A stretch of DNA of 63,565 nt, filler included, from Choristocarpus tenellus KU-1152 (Eukaryota; Protista; Phaeophyceae): assembly GCA_964200185.2 (NCBI GenBank). It is 9 parts of 9 records of this genome, joined end to end, with 100 filler letters (N's around TTAATTAATTAA, not from the genome) between each part and the next. Parts side by side here need not be neighbours in the genome. Positions count along the whole stretch, not along the records: positions 38,364 to 45,671 come from CAXNAD020006364.1; positions 45,772 to 49,235 come from CAXNAD020019852.1; positions 49,336 to 60,737 come from CAXNAD020002335.1; 6 more parts are not named here. One strand, given 5' to 3'. This document shows positions 38,433 through 49,659 of this stretch, in pieces. A model generated the notes under the pieces. The model was not told the DNA's origin. It was given only the letters and a program-made list of their open reading frames with translations, and made no database searches. How positions within the stretch are numbered: the first letter of the stretch is position 1; each line of letters begins with the position of its first letter. A program made the position numbers and the translations under genes.

Positions 38433-41400
38433 CTCTAAACAACAGAAAACATTTGGGATAATATTATCCTTCTAAACAACCCCTCACAAATGGATTTTCA
38501 GTAGAATATTACAGATCTCGTTGGCATACGGCTTGCAAGTAGCTCACGAATCATGGAGGACCCATAAATGAGAAGGAAAACCTTCACGACTTCTTTCTTG
38601 CAAGAAGATATTTTGTATAACTTTGGAATGTACACTATAAGCTGGTGAGAATGTTCATGGTCGATAGCAATGAACAACAATCACTCGATTGATCTTGTAT
38701 GGATGAACATATTAACGATATCTAGGGATTCTTTTACCATCTGACCATCTAATATCTATTGATAAAGGTGCTTAATACATAGGTATGTATGAAAAGATTT
38801 GAGAAAGCTTGTTAAAGGCAAGACAAATCTTGATGTATCATATGTTTACACATCTCCCAAGGGGAGAAACCCCCCCTGTTTCTTGTTTCTTTTACAGTCT
38901 CTATTGAAGTCGCTTATAGTTTTTTTTCAGTCTACTGTAGCCAAGTGCACACATTAACAATAAGGGACGTGCAGAAAGCTCCTACTTCTCACGTCTGGAT
39001 GCATCTACATGAACGTTAGAGCAAACCTTTATACCCAGCAAATACCTGTATGTAAGAAGGGTGGTCTCACGTGATCAACATGTTATCTATGCACTTATTT
39101 TTATAAGTAACAAATTGGGAATATAAGTATATATTGTATATTTCCTGTGAGAGGGGGTTTATTGGACGCGCAGGTGGACAGGTTTATAGGGGCACTCCCA
39201 CTCATATTATTTACTCCAAAACGTAAGTCTAAATCTGAAATGCAAGTATACATATTCGTTCCTGTTCTTCGATTGGTAGGCTCTTGATAAACACCACTAC
39301 AACAAACAAACTCCACTTTTTTTGAAAAGAATACCATTCGTGTTGAAAGACTTCATGGATTATTAAATGAAATTCAACATAATTTTTTCGGATTAGACAA
39401 AAAAAAAAATCCTGTTTGCTCTTGCTAGACTATGGAGTAGCTTGTACCGCCACTTGTACTGGCCTACCGACGTTTGGCGTCCTGTCCTGAGCTCATGCTT
39501 GAAGTAACTGAGAATAATAAATAAGATACTTGCAGTAAGTTCATAACAAATTGGAAGAGAAAAAAAACGAATTAGATTGGGCGGGAGGCGAGAAAATCGT
39601 TTTTTGCTCTCAGACACATCTATTTCCGTTAATGTGCAGTTGGTTGTGGGTAGTGAATGCCATAGTATCTTAGAGGGGATAAATATGTAAATGGACCTCT
39701 CTAGGAGGGGCTCGAACCTCAGGGGTTGAGCATGGGACAGGGTAGGAGAGGAGAGGAGGGAGCATGGCCTGTCTCCTTAGTATTTGCGCGCGAGGGGAGC
39801 ATATTATTATGTTGAGGTCAAGGTGTGATATGGATACCTCACCTATATATAAACTCTATACTATTTTATTATTATGCCCTCTGACATAAACTGTATTGTA
39901 GAGGTGGACTACATCGTTTCAATTAAGGAATTGTTTTTTTATGTATTTTTTCTTTTACATACACTACAACTGTGATTAGTGTTTTATACACATCTTAATT
40001 GTATAGTCCTCGACTCTTGTTGTGTTGTTATATTCGCTACATACTGTTCCTCCTTCACACTTCACCATAATATTGTATTACTGTTATTACGATGTTTTCT
40101 CCTCTATATTTCTTTCCCTATGACAATTTCTACAAAATCTCTAGTGCACAGAATAATAATGTACTATATAGTATTACAATAAAACTCGAATTCGAACAAA
40201 GAAGTGGTGAAGTTAAGAAAAGAGAGCTGGTGCTGAAACACACATACAGACGATAGATATAAAGCAATTACTTCCTTGTATATGGGAAGTACATATGAAG
40301 AAGCATCTATTTACGTAGTCTGTACTAGTAAGTTTTTTTCCTATTTTCCCGAGCGGTATGCTGAAAAACGTAGGAGTGGACATGGGACTGTTAACGAACA
40401 AGTACAGACTGATGGACGGAGAGGAATGAAATGGTTTACGTGTTTAGAGGTCATGATGACATTGCAAGTATGCGAGAGAGCCAGCTACTCGTAACGTATA
40501 AATGACAGATGGACTGAAAGGAATTACTTGATTTGATTCAGTACATATATGAGAGAGTCCAAAAGATTGTACCTGTTGTGGAAAGCATGATGTTATCATA
40601 CCGTAGGTCATAAACCGACATATTGTTGGAGGTTATTTTCTGAGGACTTTGGTTCAACTTTTGAAGATCCTCTGAAGGGTGGGTTGCTGTACCTTTCCTT
40701 GACATCTCTTCATGAGCACATTTTCTGAAGTCGGATCTCCTGTCACTGACGGTTCATTTTCGGGACCCCATCCGAACCGTGATCCTGCCCACTCTTCTTC
40801 TTGTCCTTGTGTCCAACCTTGACCTCGTTCTCTTGGACATGGATTATGTTGGTCCTTCTGGTCTGTCTTGCGGGATGATTTTCTTTGGCATCCTTGCCTG
40901 AAGTGAACCATGCCACCCCAGAATCACACCATTCGCATTGGCGACACTGGTTGGTTGGTGAGATTTGAACTCAGGCATGCGAAGAACACAAACTTGCACC
41001 CCCAAGAATCAATCAATTCATAAAACTATAACTTACAACTTACTGCTGTTCCCTTCCTCCAACCTTTGTGTATGTTGGGACCCCCCAACCTGACAAAGAA
41101 AGATGGACCAAGACCCACTAAACAAAGAGGTCGCCACAGTGTAAACTTTCATACATTGTATCATGAAACTTGATGTTGGTCCTTCTCATCCAAATATCGG
41201 AAGTGAGGCACCAAAACCAAAGCCTTGAACAAACCACCTAAACAGGACATGTGACGTGTGTCACTCATGACGCTCACGCTTCTTCTGTAGTCCAACTTAC
41301 TCTCTATTATCAAACAACTGGCTTCCTTTGATTCTCCATTCTGATCTATCCAAACTCAAATAGACCTGAAAGTGTAGTTTTTGTCTATAATTAATTGTGA

Positions 41401-41702
41401 CAAATACTTAAACACCTCCGACTTTGCGTTCAAGAGAAACACAAAAAACGCCAACAAAAGTAGTGTTGGTCCCTATTTCAACACCCCCCAAAAAAAAAGA
41501 GGTCCTTGATTTAAATATTGTTGAGGAAAACTTCACAATAATTTTCTCTTCATACCAAGTTCACAATCCCCAAAAATCACATCCAACCTGTTGTTCAAGA
41601 AACATCAATACCTGACCACTTTCGTCTGTCGTTTGGGGCTTCCCCTCACGACGGTATTGTCGCCAGAATATTGGAAATTCCTTGACCTCCACTAGTGTGG
41701 GG

Positions 41703-44700
41703 ATGTCTGGGTCCTGGTTAGTGGGTGGCATAAATGCCGGAAACGAGAGAGTTCAACAACTGTCTCAACAACAGGACCCACAATGTATATTACGTGAGGG
41801 ATCACCCCAAGTCTCCGCAAGTAGGGGTCCTGGTAATCCCCCCATCAATCTGAATTCGAAGCGAAGTGAGGAGATCATGGGTGCACCACAAGAAGATCTG
41901 ATTCCACCGGATGATAAGGTCAGAGGGAGTTGGGCTGTCAATCTGACGGGCTCTGATTATGAGTCGTTTAGGTGTGGAGATCTGCTTCGGTTGGTTATCC
42001 ACAACGCGTGCATATTCATGAAGAACTGAAGATTTCTTATTGGTTTTGATCGTTGACGTGCCGAAAAAAGCGAATGTATACCCTCCGCGTTTTTATGCCT
42101 TTTTGGTATAATCAGCACAAGCATGTTGGACTGCTGTGGAGGGATCTAGTCTTTACACAGTGCCGTGTTTTCGTCCTTTCCACGAGATATGCCTAGTGAT
42201 ATAGTTGAAAAGGCAACGAATACAGGAAGATGCCTAGTCTTGAGAATTAAGACTTGAGAATCACTGTGGTAATACGATTTAATGTCTTTTATCTTCCTCG
42301 CAAGAGGTCGCTATTCGATAGTAGATGGATGGAAGACATCTTTGCATCTATTCACCAAGAATGGAAACATGCTGAGGCGAACATACTGCCTCCTAAATTG
42401 CAAGGCAGCTCGTACTAGTAGAAAATATATTCCATACATTAGAAGGTCACCTCGATAACATGGAACGCGGAATGATATCGCCATTAGTCTGATCCCCAAC
42501 TTCCGAACATTCTCCTGCCCGGCCGCACAGCAGGAAGATGAAGACTTCCTCACATACATTTTTTCCCGAGAAAATTTTGATGACTCCATCGAGGGACCGC
42601 TGGAAGGAGAGTCTGGCTCGCCAAGGAGTCAGCTGTTCCTCACGGACCAATTCGGGTGTGTGAAAAACCAGAGCGTCCCAGTGCTCTGTGTCATAGCACA
42701 ATGTGCCACAACAAACTTACTCCTTCGAAAAATAGTTGGTGGGACAAATCAGGAGAAGAATAGGGTGGGTGGAGATGTAGTGGCACTAGACCTCTTGAAT
42801 CGGAAGGATTTTTTCATCGGTCCGTGGTTGACGTTTTTGTCCTTTTTGCTTCAGCCTCCAATCTTTTAAATATTTAATTGTTGCTGAGTATCTAGGTTTG
42901 TGCTCTGTTGTTTTATTTTACTTGGTGTTGTATTGTGTTGTGTTAAGACATTATCGAAAGAAAAAACATCGCAAGAGGGCGTGAACAAGAGGTGAAGCTG
43001 AATTTCATTTCTTCAAAATATTGTCTGAATGGAAGAGATTGGTTCGATGAAAGTGCTACTTTTTGCTCTATGAGTAAGACCAAAGTGACAAGAGTTTGAG
43101 AGAGATCAAAGCACGAGACCTGGGCCAAAGTCACATCCTCCAATCAACACCTGTTCTGTCATCATGTTGTGTTGTGTGAAGGTGTCATTGTTTATGAACT
43201 CGGAATGTGCTCTCAATGCGTGTGCCCTTACTTTTTTGTACTTCTCGGTGTGTGCAATGGCAGGTTTGTGTTTGATTCCGTCTGACACCACCCGTCAGAT
43301 TCAGGATTTTGTGTTTGCTTAAATTGTCAATGCATCCTTCACTATGGTGCCGACTCTTTTGTCACCCATCACCCTGTCCCTCACCTGTTTCTTTTAACTT
43401 ACATCACCTACACTGCAATGTTCAACCGATTTCACCCACTGTCTGTATGTATGATAAGTTAATCTATGCATTTTATTTACATGCTAATCAAAAAACAATA
43501 TTTTGCAGTGGCATCAGTGCAAGTGATCAAAGGTCCTTCAGTCTTCAAGGGCAGCAAATGCATAAGACTCTGCCCCTCTTTCTTCACCAAAGTGCAGAAC
43601 AGCAAACATGTGGGGGGATGGGGGGGGTACGGGGCCAGCAGGGAGGGCATACGGAGGTGCTACAGCAGGGCAGCAACAGTTATAGTCCTCCTCCTTCCCA
43701 AAGAAATTTCCCATGCCTAGCTGTTGCTTCTTCTTCGCGGCTCGACTCAGGGGGCATCGTGGGATTTGGACATTCCACAGTTGGAGGCTTTGCAAGGACC
43801 GGGAGTGGGGTAGTGGATGGAAGAAGAGGAGAACCAGGCTCGAGCGTTGGCATGGCATCGGTGATGGTGGCAGGAGGGCGACCAGCAGGAGGGGCACCAG
43901 GTGTGGAAGGGGTTGTGGGTGGAGGAGCAGGTATGTCAGAAACAAGGTTTGTTGAAGGTATGTCAACTCTCCAGGGGTCTTCATACCAGTCACAGCAGCA
44001 GTCATTTTCTCAGTCACGAGCTGGTCTGTCACGAGGAGGAGCTATTCCTGACACTGGCAATGGTTACTCTGGGCAGGGAGGGCTGGGTGGGCTGGGTGAA
44101 GGACAGGCTCTAGGGCCAAATACAGATCGCACGCTGGGGTCGCCCAGGATAGATCTGAGTGTTCTTTTGGGGCTGGGGGCTGGGCAGGGACAAGTGCAGG
44201 GGTGTGAGGGACAGGATTTGGGACAGGGATTTGGCCAGGGGATGACCCATGGGTGCGTTGGAGGCATTGTGAGCAGGGGTGGTGGCCTTTTACAGGAACC
44301 TTCATCGCCCAGGACATCAGAGATGGATGTGAGACTCACCGAGGGCAGGGTTATTGTAGATTCTGGTACTTCTAGGCCTGAGCCACACCTGGTTAGATCA
44401 GAACCAGTTTTAGGACTCCCTAGAGGTCAAGGACAGGAGAGAGGGTTGGGCGGTGGGGTAGGGTTTGGGTCTCGGAACTCCAACTGGACAGCAGAAGGTG
44501 ACACACTGTTTTCCCATTTCCTTGGACCATCTTTTTTTTCATCTTGTCTTGATTTGGGTCTATTATTAGCTCTCATTTTTGTTTTTTCCAACCTTAAATA
44601 TCTACATTGTTAGTGGAGAGTCAGATCCGTTGATTTTGCATGGCAGTGGTTTGTGTACGAGTGTGCTCCTTTTCACCTTGTGCCTCTCTTAAGTACCCCC

Positions 44701-45671
44701 AGACTTGATGAAAATTTAGTAAATGCTGATGACTTGAGTACCAGTGCAGTGTGGAACTATATGTTTGCGTGCACCCAAGTGTAGTAATAGTAATAATTTA
44801 TCGTGGAATGGAGAGGCAGCACCCATTCAGCAACTGCCACTCTCCTGTACCAACGTGACATACACATAGCATTCTCACCCTCTTTTTATACCCCATCACT
44901 GCTTGCTGGCATCACATAGTAGCATCAAGAAACAGGATCGACTCTTTGACAGGCACCTCTCATGTATCTCTAAGTGCAATGGAAGTAGAAGGTGATATGG
45001 CTCAGCAAGTCTACAACCTGCAGAGTGCAGAACACCAAACCCAGAATGGTCCCAACCCTGGGACCGGCCCCAAGTCTCACCAAGAACCAGGTCCGGGTTC
45101 AGGTCAGGGTTCTAGCACTGGTCCAGGAGTTGGTACCACTGGGTTGTGCTCGTTCCCTACTAGCAAACCCAGGGGTTCAGGCATTGGACAGGCACTGGCA
45201 CCAACAGTAGCAGGAGAGGCAAGGGGCAGAACTCAGGGTAATGCTCAAAGAAAGGACTTGATGAGCAAGGGTTGTCCAGAAGGTGGGGGTATCGGTCATG
45301 GTAGAAATGGTGGAACGGTCTCTACTGGGAATGGCATGTTGAGCTGGCTGCCACCTGGTGCAGTGGGAATGGTAGCACAACCAAGTACGACCCATGTAGG
45401 GGCTGTGGCAACATCAGGTGCTATGGGGGGTACTATGGCGGGCAGGACCAGGGGACAGGTGGTAGCAGGAGGAAATTCAGGGATGTCAACAACAATGAGT
45501 AAACTTCCCTCGTCCCATTCTGAGTTGCACGCTGGGGAGCACAGAATGCAAGAATTGGCAGGAGTTACTGGACCTGGGGCAGGGGGAGGAGTAACAGGAG
45601 GAACTGGGGGCTTCGGGGGGGGGATAGGTGTCGGTGGGGTAGGGGTGGGGGCAAAGGCTGGACTGGGATCT
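41703..45671 (+). CDS. Large Gly/Ser/Gln-rich low-complexity protein, N-terminal part (function unknown)
   Basis: Exons 41703-41918, 42531-42655, 43509-44497 and 44920->45671 have GT-AG borders with phases 0, 2 and 1 all matching. It includes the 434-aa and 257-aa ORFs of the track and is cut by a gap. Confidence 0.8.
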
Positions 45672-45771
45672 NNNNNNNNNNNNNNNNNNNNNNNNNNNNN
45701 NNNNNNNNNNNNNNNTTAATTAATTAANNNNNNNNNNNNNNNNNNNNNNNNNNNNNNNNNNNNNNNNNNNN

Positions 45772-45921
45772 CTGTCCATTTGGGGTCAATTTTTCACGTC
45801 GCGATTTTTGGGTGATTTGGTGACAAACGTCGGATGGATACTGTAAATGAACTTTTCCTGAATTTGATCCAAATGGACACCCTGGTGTAGACCCCCCCTC
45901 CCCTCCCAGATACTTTGGGTC
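45772..45921 (-). mobile_element. MITE family A (partial)
   Basis: Reverse-orientation copy ending cccagatactttgggtc. Confidence 0.82.
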
Positions 45922-46019
45922 ACCAGGACCAGGTCTATGTCCAACAATGCTATCAATAGTATACTGGCCAATAACAACCTGAGAGATGTGATGGCCTAGA
46001 TCGGTAGTGGTAATGGTTT

Positions 46020-47290
46020 TCCCAGAAACATATGATCCACTTCATTCATATTTGGTGTGGGAGGTTGGACTTGAGGATAGTAACGCTCCATTCTACCCAG
46101 ATGAACGGAAAATGAACATGGGTTATTAACCTGTACACGATGGGTGATCCCATAAAATGTACGTCATACGGACCCCTCCAAGGGTGAAGTTAACTTCGGA
46201 TTCGGACCATCAGTTCTCTCATGTGACCTATGGACTAGAACTTGATATCCAGGTACGAAAACGGGGAACATGAGACAAAGGTTCACGCGCTCCTGCCTTT
46301 TAACGTGTTCATGGAGGTTACAGCGTGCCAACTCGAGTGCAAGCTCTAATTCATCCCTGGTTTGCTGAGCAAACTGCTCAGTAGTGATATCTGAATCAGC
46401 ATTAGACGAACCAAGGATAATATCAACAGGTTAACGAGCTTGTCTTCCAAACAGAAGGGAAAACAGTGTTTCATGCAACGTTGCACTGAAAGCTGTATTA
46501 TGGGGCCTCTGTACGAAAGGCAGTAACGATGCCCAGTTATCTCGGCAACAGAGAAATGCATTGCTAGTGACCCAAAGAGCCAAAGTATCTTGGAGGGTAG
46601 AGCCGCGCCCATTTGGGGGTCAAAGTCGAATGTTGCGATTTTGATGGAATTTTGTCCACCGTGTTCGTTAGGACGTGTCAATATCTATGTTCTGGACACA
46701 CCTTTTAACATATTCACTTTACCTACTCCGAAACATTTCAGAGTAGGAAAATGTCATAAAAAAACCCCGTGGGAATCCAAGCCCCAAATGGACAAACAGG
46801 GCAAAACTCGTACCCTCTAAGATACTTTCACTCAAAGTATCTGGGGGGGGGAGGGGTCTACGCCAGAGTGTCCTTTGGACCAAAACCAGGAAAAGTGCAC
46901 TTAGAGTATCCATCCAATGTATGGAACCAAATCACTCAAAAATCACGATATGAAAAAATTGTTCCCAAATGAACAGCCGTCACCCCCCCAGATACTTTGA
47001 GCCTAGCATAGAATGCAACGTAGCATGTACTCTCTCTAACACAGAATTTCCTTGGGGATGATACAGTGTGGTTTGGGTTTTCTTGTACCCAAAGACAGAC
47101 TGCAACTCTGCAACGATACTGATTTCAAATTCAGTGCCTTGATTGGAGTGTAACAACTCGGGTGGGCCAAAATTTGAAAATACACGTTCTATCAGCGTAC
47201 GAATACTTGTTACTAGCACACTTTATTCGGAACAGGGCTCAGAACAATAAAACGAGTGAGATGATCAATGACAGATAACGCATACGAGCA
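46020..47290 (-). mobile_element. Gypsy integrase relic, interrupted by nested MITEs
   Basis: SVIDHLTRF..LIERVFSNFGPPELLHSNQGTEFE..YHPQGNSVLERVHATLHSML [insertion] AMHF..NWASLLPFVQ..LFGRQAR..NPKLTSPW.GPY. Confidence 0.88.
46569..47003 (+). mobile_element. MITE A with MITE B (46577-46833, TSD AAA) inserted in its left TIR
   Basis: Removing 46577-46833 plus one AAA restores gacccaaagtatctggg, the TIR seen at 60678. Confidence 0.88.
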
Positions 47291-47719
47291 CATCACACCA
47301 TTTGCTGCTGGGGATGTTGAAGAGCTTGGCACATGTAAGTCTCGTCGCCAAAAGGTAGTAGTTGAGTTCGATTGTAAAAGATGCACTGAATATTAATTAT
47401 CCACTCGGCCTTTGTCTTAACCATATCAATTATCTCTGATATATGACCAAATCTTTCTTGGCAATGTACCACATCCACAAAAACGAACAAATATTTCCTT
47501 CCTAATTTTTGGTCTAATAAAATTCTGCTTTACACCCTAATGCATGAATCCTTGTCTGCAGCTTGTGCCAAAAATCATCCCCAAACAGATAGGCCATGTC
47601 AACAGGGCAAAGTTATCACAGAAAATTAAAATCCTTAGTCTCATGAAAATCCTGTTGCTACTAGATATGCCTTGGATCACGCTACTTTACCAAATTATTG
47701 CACCTGTGCTTGCGTGTCT

Positions 47720-48225
47720 ATTAGGAGTAAATTTCCCTGCGTCCAGGGAGTAACACGGTCTCCACCCAACTGTCATTCACACAACAAACCAGACATCTCT
47801 TCTGCTCTAGTTCGATCCTATGAATCACATTGAGGAGAGAACTATGTGCTAACATGGCAATTTGAAGCATCTGTTCGGACATCACTTGCCCCATCATCGC
47901 CATCTAGCCAACCCAGTCCAACATTGTCGTAAAAGTGATTTGGGAGTCGGAACCCCTTGGCATTTTGCCCGCCATCACCTCCTTTCGAAGCCTTGCTATT
48001 TCCTCGTCTGAATGGATTAGGAAATATTTCTGTAGCTGTTGCTAAGGTCCTGAGGGTGACGCTGCATTGCAGACAATGCACCTGTAAAACCCGCTGATAC
48101 TTCTCAGCAGGACGTGATATGTCCTTTTGGCCTTGGTGACCTCTTCTTCATCCACTTTCTCCTTCTTCATGAAACCCATGTCACCCACTCTGATCGGTTC
48201 CTCCTTGACCGCTAATGTCTCATCT
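47720..48225 (-). mobile_element. Ty1/Copia gag relic
   Basis: KAKRTYHVLLRSISGFYRCIVCNAASPSGP*QQLQKYFLIHSDEEIARLRKEVMAGKMPRGSDSQITFTTMLDWVG*MAMMGQVMSEQMLQIAML fits the Copia gag (UBN2-like) pattern. Confidence 0.7.
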
Positions 48226-48341
48226 GTGCAAAATAGGACAATAGTGAAGTGTACCTTATTTTGTGTATATGAGACTATTGTGTTGAATTGAATCCATGTG
48301 ATGTAACTAATGAGATAGTATATCCGGATTATATATGGAGT

Positions 48342-49235
48342 TTGTTATTCATTCCCTTCCGCTACTTTGAAATAGATAGCGAAAACACAATAATAATAAT
48401 ACACAAACAATGAGAAGACACGACACAAAGGTCACTCTCGCTTCATATTTCAACCATGTAATCACGTTCAGCAAAGGGGGTCGTGTGAGGTTCACACCTT
48501 CTTATCTTCGCTACTAACAAATAGCATTACCTCCTCCCAAGGTAATTTGCACAGGTTATGAGCCTCAGTAGTATGAAGAAAAGGAGCAGGTGATGGGCCC
48601 GAACGACATGAAGAATTTGCCCAACTGGACTGGAGTACCAGCACGATCAGTGAAGACTTGGACATAATGGAGATTATATCTGGTGGTTTATGCCAGCGAA
48701 AGGGTCTTTAGAACATTGTGCGGCGAAAATACGTCGTCCTGAACTCACGGAGACATTAACGGAACAGGAACGAATATCGCACGGAAACTACGAAAGGGAA
48801 GAATCAATGAAGGATGCGCGGAGGACTAGATCCCCGTGCAGCTCACCACAAGACCCGATATATAAGTTACAGGAAGCTGAAACGGGCAATAGTATCATCG
48901 TTGTCATCCCAACAAAGTGGACCTGTACCTTCGAAAAAAAATGGAAGCTGGAGGCTAAGGAGACATGAGATATGGTACGATCGATAACAAGCAAGAACTG
49001 GAGGTCAAGAAGATACTTTGAGTACCTGGTATGCCATGCCGAATATTGAGCAGTGGGACCCTGGGACAAGATGACGGAATTAATCGAGGCAATGCAGCCG
49101 GAGCTGCAAGCCTGAGCCTGAGCCACAAGAATCTGCCTATGGACCTAGAGCAGTCGTCACAACACTTGTCCCTGAAGGGGGCACGCCCATCGATTGGCGG
49201 CCCCAAGATTCTTGCTTACGGAATGAGAAAAGCAA
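48342..49235 (+). mobile_element. Probable 5' end of a Copia-like element (LTR, PBS, decayed gag)
   Basis: TGTT start at ~48343; ...ACA followed by ggttatgagcc (48554-48564), resembling the GGTTATGGGCC Copia PBS; then broken charged ORFs. Confidence 0.4.
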
Positions 49236-49335
49236 NNNNNNNNNNNNNNNNNNNNNNNNNNNNNNNNNNNNNNNNNNNNTTAATTAATTAANNNNNNNNN
49301 NNNNNNNNNNNNNNNNNNNNNNNNNNNNNNNNNNN

Positions 49336-49494
49336 GGGGGGAGTCTACACCAGGGTGTCCATTCGGGCCCTGGCCAGGAGAAGTGCACTTACAGTATCCA
49401 TCCGATGCAAGCAACCAAATCACAAAAAAAATACGACATGGAAAAATGGGCCCCAAATGGACAGCCGGCACCTACCCCTCAGATAGTTTGAGCC
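49336..49494 (+). mobile_element. MITE family A (left end lost in gap)
   Basis: Colinear with 12720-12904. Confidence 0.85.
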
Positions 49495-49659
49495 CCCAGT
49501 TTGAATTTCTCCATTTGAAAAATAAATCTAAAATAAAAGAGGATTCAACCTCCCCACAGGAATGGTGAAGATATGGCACTGGCAAATGGAAGCGCCCCAC
49601 CAGGTGAATGGAAACGCTGCAACAAATCACTCTCACCCCTGGTGCTATTTGACTGTAGT

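Noticed and set aside
40654-40960. Divergently transcribed gene upstream of the Gly-rich gene
   Set aside because: Plausible frames contain stops and no motif supports a call.
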